A stretch of 64,000 bases of DNA, from contig JAEOTB010000054.1 in NCBI GenBank assembly GCA_016840065.1, forward strand, positions 1 to 64,000, read 5' to 3'. A program made the position numbers and the translations under genes. Positions 23,601-28,403 of the stretch are shown one piece after another. This DNA comes from Candidatus Hermodarchaeota archaeon. GTDB taxonomy: Archaea; Asgardarchaeota; Hermodarchaeia; Hermodarchaeales; Hermodarchaeaceae. The notes under the pieces are model-generated. The model worked only from the letters and a program-made list of their open reading frames with translations. It was not told the origin of the DNA and made no database searches. Each line of letters starts with the position of its first letter. Positions within the stretch are counted from its first letter, which is position 1.

Positions 23601-23943
23601 CAGTCCATCCCGCGGGTAGGCGTATCTCTCCGTATCGGTCGTCGCCATAGTCCATTGGATTTGATTCGGGAACCTCCAGCGATTGGTTTGTTCCCACAGC
23701 ATACTCGGTCGTGTTCAGTACGGTTCCAAGCCCGTCGTACTGGTATTCTCCATCAACCAAGGTGGGTCCAGCAGGTGGTAAGGGGGTAGATATACCCAAG
23801 AGGGAGGAAGGCACCTCAGAGCTAGACCCAGCAGAATCTGGTATCCCCGCCATGTTGATTAATGGAAATGCGGGTGCTATGAGGGAGGAGGACAGAATGA
23901 AGAGTGAAAAGAGAAGAAGTAACGCTTGTTTCCTGAATCTCAT
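2614..23943 (-). CDS. Giant (7109 aa) single-pass cell-surface protein: signal peptide, N-terminal NGDFE CBM-like region, long Ig-like tandem array, TM helix, about 340-aa cytoplasmic tail
   Basis: Uninterrupted 21,330-nt ORF. N-terminus MRFRKQ plus hydrophobic stretch; Thr/Ser/Val-rich ~100-aa beta repeats with many NxS/T sequons; TM segment GGIALAVILIIIVLFWLLW (~aa 6750-6770) followed by basic RRLRRLARK; Pro/Glu-rich tail. Confidence 0.92.
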   Translation of the reverse strand: MRFRKQALLLLFSLFILSSSLIAPAFPLINMAGIPDSAGSSSEVPSSLLGISTPLPPAGPTLVDGEYQYDGLGTVLNTTEYAVGTNQSLEVPESNPMDYGDDRYGEIRLPAGWTGYELIGNVDNLHDKLYWINGTRENGDFEASSGSDPTEWNYTSYWVASPNSHSGSYGTSYGRSSTNGVRVQAAWSNNYDMNDDSYAAWFNNISIPRTDVSYAKLTFYVQVNQISVGQPDCRGNLVIYVEVEGIVYPRLLASTAPNDGQWYQVNVSIPYDDILTWSLPLLTVRLGLSFTADVDAPAAEEWALDFDDVTLEITGKAQPDHAWVDLRLNSTAVTSTGYGTGTITLTGTWANPGASHSTVQALWETYSSNSSGVYFDYNLTLYITKDSTTEQQTGPEGTTFSAQNETSVYWNTWYYAYQPFYFDDYNLTIALPTTETWTIDTVIDALFNNRTSPVTTDSNSTHIRMTHSTINDAYGWWNFTLTSPNRVDTVTLNFDTFQIAPNTPNSLSVSATFGKTTGEANLTLYDPSGTIVAEDTQSVVAGAASFSAVSFDNGTEFAAGEYTLCVSYDNGDTQSMTAAGFNSTIITVTHGTTTLIPQYSTIEVIRQTGSYFYPRVRFYSNDTSPTDTFLEGATVVGNWTGSDTFELVGGFYVVELDSTAQNAGNYTLRVNATKQYHADAYCLITVSVVEETTLTSPSTPGFSIPYGETTNVNFAYRREVDETGIESATVTSNWTNAVNPTAQGSGWYNFTIDSGEVSEPGTYYMTVTAQRTSYQTQTLTLTILVQARNTQLSTGAILTVPFGNDSVFDITLTDLDNSSNPVSNSTGHIHLQVWNSTHRWDTLGYATITYSGSIGVYEISLNTSYLEGLGTHTFEIRFYWYLNGSANDPFFANRTVTAYVSVRARNTQLSSTTPSTLPLNEQANLTVTITDLDEGGANLPSSPNVNLTLWYSGALWTDATITEFAAGIWNITIDTSTLPGAGQYTFTVNFTWYDAAGANNPFYANRTVDVILTLRQINTVVFYDAPNPEPWGTDMSVTINYFVDDSASSEHGTFPAVTTITCELNGTPLVLNINFTWTSLGGGEYLITINASVLTEVALYELDITVTPTSTDYTSASRSLTFDIRAHLTQTIVDQPDPVGIGNNVTVTVTWTDLDTNTDLTASVLDRVDVRFQNGTAISNHTSLTFILDTDDWTTNTYNLTAYVYSNTSLYVYSQGNLRITIRTHQTAVFVEPPDETPWGWQTQLVVQWTDLEDGSLLTDSDLLNVTVLFANGSLVTTANSLTFWLDTSTWNLATETLTVQVYALTSPRLYEDDNATVQVTIRAHRVSVSIQTPNPTAWGLNASLTVTWTDLDNGTTLTDTELDNVTISNCPVGGDQSSSTIGPFTLKTDTWSVGDHLVNATVYSNTNNYQIGSYQVTVTIRAHYASVTADPPAQSPWGTNTSVTINWQDSDTSTAIDLTALDNITVTGCPVGGDQTFTGSFTFILDTEAWSVGSFSLTIYVYGNSSYYATNGPVIITIREHQTQTVVSPPEQTPFDFNTSISVDWVDLDLGSSDVPSGNLSSIVVSNCPVGGDQTFYSLSFTLDTDSWTVGTYVLTVSVYANGAFGYYLNSSSSLTVIIRIHYTAVTVQPPNSTPYGLNTTLTVIWTDLDTGQILSTSQLDNITVSDCPVGGDQTFTGTFSPTLDTDSWSISTGYSLTVTVYTASGNYADASGSVTVVVRLHRVEVIVNTPAPIAWGLNTSLTVTWNDLDLGTTIDVSNLDNITVSNTPVGGNQTFTGSFIFTLVCDDWNVGAHLITVTAYPDMAPQLYDIDSYNLTITIRAHYVTVTVDPPAQNPWGTNTSLTVNWRDIDTDSDISVSALINITVTNCPVGGDQVFTGSLTFTLDTEDWGVNSYSLTVYVYGNTSYDTGDGTVTITIRAHQTQTITSPPEQTPFDFNTSITVQWVDIDLGSSDVPSGNLSAVVVSNCPVGGDQTFSSLSFTLDTDSWSVGSYTLTITINASAALGFYQNSSSSVTVIIRIHYTTVVVQSPEPTPWSENTSLTIIWTDLDTGAILDTSNLSNITVSGCPVGGNQTFTGTFAPTLDTDSWSISAGYSLSVTIYATTGPRNYSDATGSVTVVIRIHQAEAIASTPAPTAFDLNTSITVTWNDLDTGTSINVSNLDNITVSNCPVGGNQTFTGSLSFTLKTDDWSVGSYQITITVYPDMSPQQYETDIYTVTITIRAHYVSVTINPPAQTAWGENTTLVVNWEDVDTSTTISVSALDNITVTGCPVGGDQTFTGSLTIILDTEGWGVDGHTLTVYVYGNTSYDTGSGSVTVTIRSHQTQTIVSPPEQTPFDFNTSITVQWVDLDLGSVDVASGNLSSVVISNCPVGGDQTFTSLSFTLDTDSWTTGSYTLTVTVYANVSLGFYQNSSASVTVTIRLHYTAVVAQSPEHTPWGENTSLILVWTDLDTGAILDTSNLQNITITNCPVGGDQVFTGTFTFTLDTDSWSISAGYTLTVNLYATTGPRNYNDPTTSVTVVVRTHRTEIIVTTPAPTGWGLNTSSTLVWNDLDTGSTIAVVNLDNITVSNCPVGGDQVFTGSYTFTLVTDNWGVGSHQVSVTLYPDMAPQLYDIDSYTVTITIRNHYTSVVVDPPQQSAWGTNTSLTVTYTDTDTSTTISVDALINITVTGCPVGGDQVFTGTFSFILDTEDWGVADHVLTVYVYGNDSYADGSGLVTVTIRSHQTQAIVSPPEQTPFDFNTSISVRWVDLDLGSSDVPSGNLSSIVVSNCPVGGDQTFASLSFILDTDSWTTGSYTLTVTIYANVSLGFYQNSSSSVTVTIRLHYTAVVAQSPEQTPWGFNTSLTLVWTDLDTGAILDTSNLANITITNCPVGGDQVFTGTFTFTLDTDSWSISAGYSLTVNLYAMTGPRNYNDPTTTVTVVIRVHRTEIIVTTPEPTGWGLNTSVTLVWNDLDTGSIIAVVNLDNITVSNCPVGGDQTFTGSFTFTLVTDYWGVGAHPVNITLYPDMAPQQYDIDSYTVTVTIRNHYTSVVVNPPQQSAWGTNTSLTVTYTDTDTSTTISVDALINITVTGCPVGGDQVFTGSYSFTLDTEDWSVVDHVLTVYVYGNDSYADGSGSVTVTIRAHQTQTIVSPPEQTPFDFNTSITVQWVDLDLGSIDVASGNLSSIVVSNCPVGGDQTFGGLSFILDTDSWTTSSYTLTVTVYANASLGFYQNSSSSVTITIRIHYTSVVVQSPEQTPWGENTSLTLVWTDLDTGAILDTSNLENITISNCPLGGDQVFTGAFTFVLDTDSWSISTGYSLTVDLFATTGPQNYSDASSTVTVIIRIHNTEIIVTTPEPTGWGLNTSIILVWNDLDTGSTVTIANMDNITVSNCPVGGDQTFMGSFTFTLVTDDWGVGSHQVNVTLYPDMSPQLYDWDSYTVTVTIRNHYSSVVVDPPQQSAWGTNTSLSVTYTDTDTSTTISVDALINITVTGCPVGGDQVFTGSFTFTVDTEDWGVAGHVLTVYVYSNVSYADGSGLVTVTIRSHQTQTIVSPPEQTPFDFNTSLTVQWVDLDLGSADVASGNLSSVVVSNCPLGGDQTFASLSFTLDTDSWITGSYTLTVTIYANTSLGFYQNSSASVTVTIRLHYTAVVAQSPEQTPWGENTSLTLVWTDLDTGSILDTSNLENITITNCPIGGDQVFTGAFTFVLDTDGWSISAGYTLTVNLYATTGPRNYSDPITTVTVVIRVHRTEIIVTTPEPTGWGLNTSITLTWNDLDTISTIAVVNLDNITVSDCPVGGDQTFTGSFTFTLVTDDWGVGSHQVTVTLYPDMSPQQYNGDSYTLTVTIRNHYSSVVVDPPQQSAWGTNTSLTVTYTDTDTSTTISVDALDNITVTGCPVGGDQVFTGSYSFTLDTKDWGVAGYVLTVYVYSNVSYADGSGLVTVTIRSHQTQGIISPPEQTPFDFNASITVQWVDLDLGSSDVASGNLSSVVVSSCPVGGDQAFASLSFTLDTDSWTVGSYTLTVTIYANASLGFYQNGSASVTVTIRLHYAAVVVQSPEPTPWGFNTSLTIIWTDLDTGQILDTSNLANITVSGCPVGGDQTFTGTFTPVLDTDGWSISAGYTLTVTAYATTGPRNYSDASGSVTVVIEIHRVEVIVSTPAPTGWGLNTSVTLTWNDLDTGTTINVVNLDNVTVSDCPVGGNQSFTGSLSFILVTDDWGVGSHLVTVTIYPVMSPQLYEVDSYQVTITIRNHYVSATVNPPDQSPWGTNTSLEVNWVDTDTSTSIPVDALDNITVTGCPVGGDQVFTSSLSFELDTEDWGVGGYSLTVWVYGNTSYSDDSGTVTVTIRAHQTQTVVSPPQQTPFDFNTSMSVDWLDLDLGSSDVPGGNLSSVVVSGCPVGGDQSFSSLSFDLDTDSWVTGTYVLTVSVNASASLGFYLNSSSTVTVIIRIHFTAVVVQTPNPTPWGFNTSLSIQWIDLDTSTILDTSNLQNITVSGCPVGGDQTFTGSFTPTLDTDSWSISVGYSLTVTAYATTGPRYYDDSSGSLTVVIRIHRTEVIVATPSPTGRGQNTSITVTWNDLDTGTTIASVNVDNATVSNCPVGGNQTFAGVLSFTLDTEAWSVGDYQVVVTVFPDMSPQLYDIDSYTVTVTIRVHYTSVTLDPPAQTPWGSNTSLVVYWVDVDTGEAIPVSALDNITISGCPTGGNQTFTGSLSFALFTQNWSVGSFGLTVTVYGNSSYDTGSGSVTVTIRAHQTQTITSPPEQTPFDFNTSLSIQWTDLDSGSSDVPSGNLSLVVVSSCPTGGDQSFNSLSFTLITDNWTVGTYLLTVTIYANGTLGFYQNSSSTVTVVIRVHYTAIVVQTPDSTPWGFNTTLVITWMDLDTGAILGTSSLDNVTISGCPVGGDQSFSGTLSPVLDTDSWSISAGYTLTVDVYALTGPRNYTDASGSVTVVIRVHRVEVVAATPPATGRGQNTSITVTWNDLDTGTTIAALNVDNVTVSNCPVGGNQTFAGVLSFTLDTEAWSVGAYQVVVTVFPDMSPQLYDIDSYTVTITIRVHYVSVTLDPPSQTAWGVNTSLVVYWIDIDTGEAIPVSALVNITISDCPTGGNQVFTGSLSFSLETANWSVGSFDLTVTVYGNSSYDTGTGSVTVTIRAHQTQTVASPPEQTPFDFNTSMSVDWLDLDLGSSDVPSGNLSLVIVSNCPVGGDQSFASLSFTLDTDSWSVGSYSLTIMVVANASLGFYQNSSSTVTVVIRLHYTSVSIQTPEPTPWGQNTSIVLLWLDLDTGSILDASNLVNVTVSGCPVGGDQVFTGVFSFSLDTDGWSVNAGYSLSISVYATTGPRNYSDASGSVTVVIRGHRVNVVVTPPSPVPADGTVNITVSWEDADVGGVINASLYLNYINTTGSEASYPNLPAINYSVSFLLSAEGWTLTVHTLNVTVFPNDLTLFDIGWGLVTVTIRKHSIVGIIDPISSIPYQNNTWFTLRVNDSDTGEALNGSVVQLTISCSGYSSVIYNTTHWGTYVYNVSEGEYLVYLQSSSWSLGQHSVQITIETTLEYNDGVVNTKVTIRTLAISFLYTPPSSVPWGENGTLVVQYQVDDSVSANDTQVIANGVISISGWSLGTDFFVTDHGDGNYTITFTTTMLSSVGEHSFTISMASPHAYYEDGQIVGLVMTVRPLITTMIYNQVSSTPYGDDVNITLYYLVLDGESQFNGDFIPSATLNVTGLDGLVLVLDVNYTVADYGTYYLITINASLDIGSYKIQVDAIAPSSQYDNASISEITFHVRTVYTELERPPVDEVAFEENFVFQVIYKVLDDDSTQNLDGIPNVDHIYVTTNGSLGWTLTPSNYSVNHLGNGVYEITLNSSLTPYPGRWWVNISAEWDAATPNYEEQWVEAYLISEERPTTVVQTYPTDTGYADDIVVYLNYRDSISGWNNDNITRGGYVSIIVCNATTGAELLTEYVVENATTNPTYEFQIRINASQLGAIYEFLDFQVNVSWVGGNAPFYANATSVFSCRVTGTATVLYSDAPSAVSYQSDINITLHFETDGGNPIDNSSLLVGFEIGCADIPGFNSTFWSLDNSSHLSGVYVVTIHGYMDLDVGTYVFQINMTWPSSPPVPPYYSSATHQVSARITEVTTLLDWVQHEIVYYGMKLNITAWYYDLYTGVNQTDSGLWSLDPALSFTATLNLDGSWNITIDTSLLSAMEWSITLMANKSNYLSQERRIDLQIRPHILQIDRVDPSGLTSECYYLDQFNITVYLSSNHTGLPITSGQVNFTWASLPSDWLVELSGGFYYVLLNTSDVNAQTYVIAVQVTMGSNYTTPLLTYTLTIHPVSTVIDIPAGDTSTITTYLDTMIQLRVIYNVSGGSTITGATLTAYNGSLPIETLLLNATSGYYECWLNTSESEWAARPYQILIYAYATNYELQTTLFVITLDYKPCEITVESSTITSQYGDSVELTVFLGDSQTSLGIDGSTLAFTWGTHSGSLTSNGTLGYYTTVLVTSDIPKTYQLVITHETQQRYAYDEEIISLTVTPRETQYEIIGAYTLREIDGVLYNVSIDYTLSSWDAPIHDTLVVVVWFADYSNVTLTDVMGALGASQYSTAHEDFSFDSLTGYWRVEFPLTFYEDAEIQFTFDLDYHQQAEFSRSLSVTPIPVLLDWTAESLGLFPADNMFYVGQSYSFEFYLNDTYHICGVTNATIEISFSGSLSSTSVSVVEDTGRPGYYIVSVFGPAPSQGMVTFTAVKQDYSSSELQVGFFFEHNPLMNMMINGGIALAVILIIIVLFWLLWTRMLSVPPEVRRLRRLARKVGREGSFELSSKDRDRIRTRDAIMSKSVRQAFDQIDIPVQPAIVPVTTTIEEVSDSEEDILVQLEAISGLSPAERSELARQMMKIPRTDRVWFLDDLRRQMSERRMDPLTRRTDTPSEPEQQPEPVEPTEPIEEPSIPDEPPPPIEDEEPEPEPEVVEEQPEPEDEPETEPEVTESTEFVEPDEPEPIPEPVEPSVPVEPSEPITPLEPEVETPIEPAEPVTPLEPAEPVPTEPTPTTEPDTDVPLEPPEPIDIEEVEPLEPPIEPPEPEVPSLEVAIRQELDKIPGLQEEEKADLIERLKAMSKEERDAVYQSLRAAFGG
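2765..3235 (-). repeat. Low-complexity Pro/Glu-rich coding region (PEPE/EPVEP-type degenerate repeats) in the cytoplasmic tail of the giant protein
   Basis: Translation EPEQQPEPVEPTEPIEEPSIPDEPPPPIEDEEPEPEPE...EPPEPEVP; repeated ggttc/ggctc units on the + strand. Confidence 0.9.
7930..19977 (-). repeat. Intragenic tandem super-repeat: 10 x four-domain unit, period 1206 nt (402 aa), 40 domains in total
   Basis: The TPFDFN marker occurs at + strand positions 19327, 18127, 16921, 15715, 14509, 13303, 12097, 10891, 9685 and 8479 (spacing 1200, then eight times exactly 1206). Four domain types (WGLN, WGTN, PFDFN, WGEN/WGFN) recur in fixed order. Confidence 0.95.
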
Positions 23944-24325
23944 ATTATCTAACCCCTGATGCTTTAGGCGATGAATAAGGGTTGTAAAGCCTTGTGCTGA
24001 TCGTTAGAAGGACACCTAGGTGTGTTGGGTTCTGATATTTTAGAGCCACTTAAGAACTCCAATAAACGGTCTGGCAGCATACACACTTCAAAACCTCATG
24101 AATCCACCGCAATGCATTATAAAGGAGCCAGCAATGCTGTATAAATAGATTTTCAGTTTAATTTTAATTTATATTGTAATCTGCCCTGTTTTTGTGATTT
24201 CGTGAATTAAATCCCTGTTTTTCGAGAAAAATAGCTCTCATTCTTCTGTCAGAAGGTTTTCCATTAGTTGTCGCTGAATGAGGAGTTTAGTTTCCTGGGG
24301 TACTGCTATGCTTCTTAAAGCGTAT

Positions 24326-26425
24326 CTATTCATCATTTGGTGTAACACGGAAGGCTTCGATGCATGAGAGTTTGGTCTGGGTGTGTAGGCGCTCTGGTAT
24401 GAGCTGGGCTTGCCATAGTTTGTGAAGCCCCTGGTATATGATGACCTCAACTTCAGGATCTTTTAGCAGATTGTTTCGTTGGGCTTGACGTTCTAGGGTT
24501 TCTGCAAATTCTGGGTTCTCCTCCCAGGAGGTTTCTATTTTCTCTTTAAGGAATGTGAGGAAGTCAGGGTCGAGTTCGGTGACTGGTGCTGTCCGCTGTT
24601 CTAGGTTACGGGGAACCCGTCGATCGAGATCCATTAAGAGAAGGGGAGGGATGGCGAAAAGGTGGGTTGTCTCGTTATCTCGCTGAAATCCTAGTAGGAA
24701 GAAGGGTATCTGTAGCTCAAGAACGGTATCGGTGGGCAGTAGTGCCTCTGGTTCCATGAGATATTCTTCAAATAACTCCTTTCTTCCCTGACAATGTTTA
24801 ATCTGGTCCTGAATTGATTCTTGAATTTTGGTGGAGAGATTCTCCAATGTTTGTTGGCGTTCTTGGATTTCTTGGAGCTTCTGATCTCGTTCCTGGTCTA
24901 GGGCAACAAGTCGGGCTTTCTCTTGTCGAACCAGTTCTGCATAGTGGTTGCGGAGTCCAGATATTCTCTCTTCAGCGTTACGGTTCAATTCTTCAAGATC
25001 CTTCTCAATTTGCTGAATGAGCTTACGCCGATCCTTTATCTTATCCCGCAACTCACTGCTGAAGGATTTATCAAAAACATCGAGCACAGACCTCATATCA
25101 TCCATGAATCGAGGAACATTGGGGTCAACCTCTGAATCTACTTTGATGAGTTGGGCAAGGGCTTCTCTTTGCTGTACAAAATCCTCATCAACTGGCTCCA
25201 AGCTAAATCTTAGCCTTTCGACGAGTTTGGACTCTTCACCCTGCCACCACTCCTTCGCTTCGTCTATTGCTGAGTTTTCCTGTCGGGATAGCTCTTCTAG
25301 GTTCCGATTGATTTCCTGTACCAGATTCTCACGCCGTGTTTCATAGTAGGATTGCATTTCATCAAACTCTCTCTCAGCTCGCTTAGTCCAGTTTCGAACT
25401 TCTTCTTGGAAATGAATCCTGAACTTGTCCCACTGTCCTGCTGCAGAGACATGGCTCTGGATGGCTTCATCATAGAACCTTTCAGTTGCGTGGATACTCT
25501 GGGACTGAACTACCTTTGGGGGGAGAGGTGAAGCATATTCTACCTTTGAGCTTGCTAGGCTGCTCAGCTTCCTGATTAGCTTGGCAAATTTAGGAGTAAC
25601 AAGATAGGTTTCGAAGGGGCTGGTTCGAGGGCTCGCGATGATGTCTTCTTGAAGTTTCTCAAGCCCTGCAAGGAACTCGAGGTTAGTTTCGACTTTGAGG
25701 AGGGCTTCGTATCTGCTGGTGGAGGGCATATTACCCCGTTCTACTGCATGCTGATTTAGGGCTAACCCATCGATAATCGCAATGTTTCCATTTTGTTGAC
25801 GCACAATCCATAGGGGCCAAAGAACCTTAGAGAAGAATTGATAGCATCCTTTTTTGAGTGGCTTGAGCTGTCTTGTATTCTGGCGGATGTCCTCAGCCAG
25901 GAGGTAAACAGCTGCTAGTTCTTGGTGGGTGTCTAGCACCAGAGAACTATCCATTTCGAGAGAGTGAATTGATGGCTCATCTAAGCTTTTTCCGTCTAGG
26001 GAAAAGGGAAGCGAGAATTGTGCATCCCCTTCTGTACGCCGACTCTCCGCAACAATTACTTCGATATCCTCTGTAAAGTCCCCAAAGGGGGCTGGATTAC
26101 CGTCCCAATCAGTAAGCATAGTTTGATATTTCTCAACAAAGCGTCGCTTGATCTCGGTGAGGACCTTTTGTCCATCTTGTGGATTATGGGCTTTATCGGT
26201 GGCGACGGCGAAGAGGATGTCATTTGACTTGTGAAGTAGGAAGTAGAAACTCACTTCGCCTAGATTGATGGTTTCGATGCCGCCATGGCCCAGTTCTTCG
26301 GCAAAGGCGTTTAAGGCGCTGTAGAACCCGCTAAATACCGCTTCGTCTACTCCTCGTCTGCTAAACGTCTTGTGGACCATTACTTCACCGGTTGCTCGCT
26401 TGAGCACATAGACATCACGTATCAT
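24326..26425 (-). CDS. Longin-domain protein with long central coiled coil
   Basis: First ~125 aa match Asgard longin domains (MIRDVYVL..GEVMVHKTF..VDEAVFSGFYSALNAFAEEL..F.EKY..WDGN..F..F). Roughly 240 aa of E/Q/K/R-rich heptad region. Start placed at MIRDV (26425); the ORF track starts at 26452. Confidence 0.8.
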   Translation of the reverse strand: MIRDVYVLKRATGEVMVHKTFSRRGVDEAVFSGFYSALNAFAEELGHGGIETINLGEVSFYFLLHKSNDILFAVATDKAHNPQDGQKVLTEIKRRFVEKYQTMLTDWDGNPAPFGDFTEDIEVIVAESRRTEGDAQFSLPFSLDGKSLDEPSIHSLEMDSSLVLDTHQELAAVYLLAEDIRQNTRQLKPLKKGCYQFFSKVLWPLWIVRQQNGNIAIIDGLALNQHAVERGNMPSTSRYEALLKVETNLEFLAGLEKLQEDIIASPRTSPFETYLVTPKFAKLIRKLSSLASSKVEYASPLPPKVVQSQSIHATERFYDEAIQSHVSAAGQWDKFRIHFQEEVRNWTKRAEREFDEMQSYYETRRENLVQEINRNLEELSRQENSAIDEAKEWWQGEESKLVERLRFSLEPVDEDFVQQREALAQLIKVDSEVDPNVPRFMDDMRSVLDVFDKSFSSELRDKIKDRRKLIQQIEKDLEELNRNAEERISGLRNHYAELVRQEKARLVALDQERDQKLQEIQERQQTLENLSTKIQESIQDQIKHCQGRKELFEEYLMEPEALLPTDTVLELQIPFFLLGFQRDNETTHLFAIPPLLLMDLDRRVPRNLEQRTAPVTELDPDFLTFLKEKIETSWEENPEFAETLERQAQRNNLLKDPEVEVIIYQGLHKLWQAQLIPERLHTQTKLSCIEAFRVTPNDE

Positions 26426-26527
26426 TTCGACCAACATCCGATAATGTTTCAAAGATTATTAAGCCTAGCGCCAGTACAATAACAGGTATCACCTTTTTGA
26501 AGATAACTATAGGAGATTGTATAGGCA

Positions 26528-28000
26528 ATGATGCTAGCCGGGTTGTTAGAAAGAGATAGTAAGCTCCGAAGCCTTGCTAATCCCCTCTTCTGGGGCCCCC
26601 TTCTAGCTATCATCGTTGTAAAACTTTGGGTCTTTCATCTCTCCATAGTTAGGTATATTGAGAGCCAAACAGTTTACTTTAGCTACGGATACTTTTACTT
26701 CGGAATGGATTTTGAGATTGTAGAACCTTATGGTGACTTCCAAGCATACTATATGAACTTTGTAGAGCAGTTTACGCAAGGATATCTGCCATATACACCG
26801 GATTTGTACATGGTCGAAGAAAGCCAAGTCTATATTTATCCCCCCCTTTTTCTTTACATCATTACTGCGTTCTATTTCCTGCCCGTAGAATTGGGTTTTC
26901 CTGACTTGCTGCTGATGGGGCAGGACCTTCATTTTGCACGAGTTGGATTCAGTTTCATTTTCTTCGATATTGCCACCTGTATCATTATCTACGGTGCAGC
27001 TAAGAAACTGACATCCAATCGAATTCTTCCTGCTACCGCAATGTTGTTGTTTGGTCTGAATCCCATCACCCTCTGGTGGGGTGACTACATTTGGATGAGT
27101 ACACCCATCCATACCTTCTTTCTCATCCTGGGGTTCTACTTCATGTTAGATGGGCGGCTCCGTTGGGCTGCGTTTTGGGTTGCAATTGCTACGATGGTAA
27201 AACAGACCGCAGGACTTCTGCTTCCTCTTATACTCATGGTGGAGCTATCTCGTGGCTGGCGTCGTGTTCCCATCAGCCTTGGCATTATGGCTTTCGTGAT
27301 CGTTACCCTCTCATTGCCCTATCTAGTTATCTATCCTGTGAATTATATCTCAGCTGTGGCTAGCGGAATGGGGGGTTACTGGATGGAGTCCCTACCCCTT
27401 CAGACCTATCCTGTTCCTATCTCTGTTCTTGCCTGGTATCTGCCACCAGTTCTGAATAGCATTATCCTTTGGGCTGTGTATCTTGGTATACCATTTCTTG
27501 TTTCTCTCACAATGCTCTGGGTTATTGCGTATTTGGTCGAGGAGAAAACTGGTCGCCGTTATAGAGAACAAATCCTGGTGCTTTGTCTTCTTCTCTCCTT
27601 GGCATTGCATTCCTTCTTTTCCCGGGGAATCTACAAGTACTATCTTATTGCCTTGTTGCCCTTCCTTGTCCTCCTTATTCCTGCTCTTAGTGGCCCACTT
27701 GTTCCCCTTCGACAAACTAGGTTAATGGACTCGGTGTTTTCGCGGAGTCCTTTGCGGTTGCTTCCTATTAGGCTTCAGCATGCGGCCAGGTCTTTTCTTA
27801 CGTTAGGACAGTCGGTTGTTAATCGTTTAGCGACTTGGGCTTTGCTACTTGTTTCTTTCGTGAGTATAGCCCTCTTCACGGTCCATCGTTTTGTTTCGCC
27901 TGCTATCCTACTTACGCTTTTTCTATGCTGTCTTCTAGGAGCTTGGTATCATTTCGATTGGAAATCCCGTTCAAAACCGACGAAGAAAAATGAAGGATAG
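26528..28000 (+). CDS. Polytopic GT-C-fold glycosyltransferase-like membrane protein (GT87/DUF2029/PIG-M-like)
   Basis: First loop with acidic GDF..YY, GYLPY and YIYPPLFLY motif; LNP after a TM; conserved K in VKQT; about 11-12 hydrophobic segments. Confidence 0.7.
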   Translation: MMLAGLLERDSKLRSLANPLFWGPLLAIIVVKLWVFHLSIVRYIESQTVYFSYGYFYFGMDFEIVEPYGDFQAYYMNFVEQFTQGYLPYTPDLYMVEESQVYIYPPLFLYIITAFYFLPVELGFPDLLLMGQDLHFARVGFSFIFFDIATCIIIYGAAKKLTSNRILPATAMLLFGLNPITLWWGDYIWMSTPIHTFFLILGFYFMLDGRLRWAAFWVAIATMVKQTAGLLLPLILMVELSRGWRRVPISLGIMAFVIVTLSLPYLVIYPVNYISAVASGMGGYWMESLPLQTYPVPISVLAWYLPPVLNSIILWAVYLGIPFLVSLTMLWVIAYLVEEKTGRRYREQILVLCLLLSLALHSFFSRGIYKYYLIALLPFLVLLIPALSGPLVPLRQTRLMDSVFSRSPLRLLPIRLQHAARSFLTLGQSVVNRLATWALLLVSFVSIALFTVHRFVSPAILLTLFLCCLLGAWYHFDWKSRSKPTKKNEG

Positions 28001-28079
28001 TTACTAGAAGCAGTCATATCATGAGCATCTGCTGCAAAACAAGTAATACGGTGCACGTTAAACGAACCCAGATACCAAC

Positions 28080-28367
28080 CTAGGCTCTAATTCGCTCTCC
28101 ACAATGTGGACAGTAGGTTTCATCAGGTTCCAGACTGACTGTTTTTCCGCAGAATCTACATTCCATTACCAGGGACTGTTGAACCCCAACTCGATCTGCC
28201 TCAAATGCAGTCTCCTGTTCTTCTTTAGATGTCTGAGAGCCCCAGAAAAAGATAGGCGGGAGAAGGAAGAAGATTAGGAAGGGGAACCCAGGGATGAGCA
28301 GCCAGAGAACCACCATTAGAAGTGTGAGAATCACACTGATTATGGATATCAGGTACCACCGTTTCAT
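28080..28367 (-). CDS. Small membrane protein with C-terminal zinc ribbon
   Basis: Two N-terminal hydrophobic segments; CRFC...CPHC at the C-terminus. Confidence 0.75.
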   Translation of the reverse strand: MKRWYLISIISVILTLLMVVLWLLIPGFPFLIFFLLPPIFFWGSQTSKEEQETAFEADRVGVQQSLVMECRFCGKTVSLEPDETYCPHCGERIRA

Positions 28368-28403
28368 TTCCTCAGTGAACTCCTTTGGGTGATTCCCAAG
28401 CCC

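Noticed and set aside
5800-23960. Many short, mostly + strand ORFs with WSPPTGQ-type repeats
   Set aside because: Antisense or off-frame readings of the repeat array; they recur with the same period and have no independent signals.
24326-26425. Longin-SNARE or SMC ATPase assignment
   Set aside because: No C-terminal TM or lipidation motif, coiled coil far longer than a SNARE motif, and no Walker A motif.
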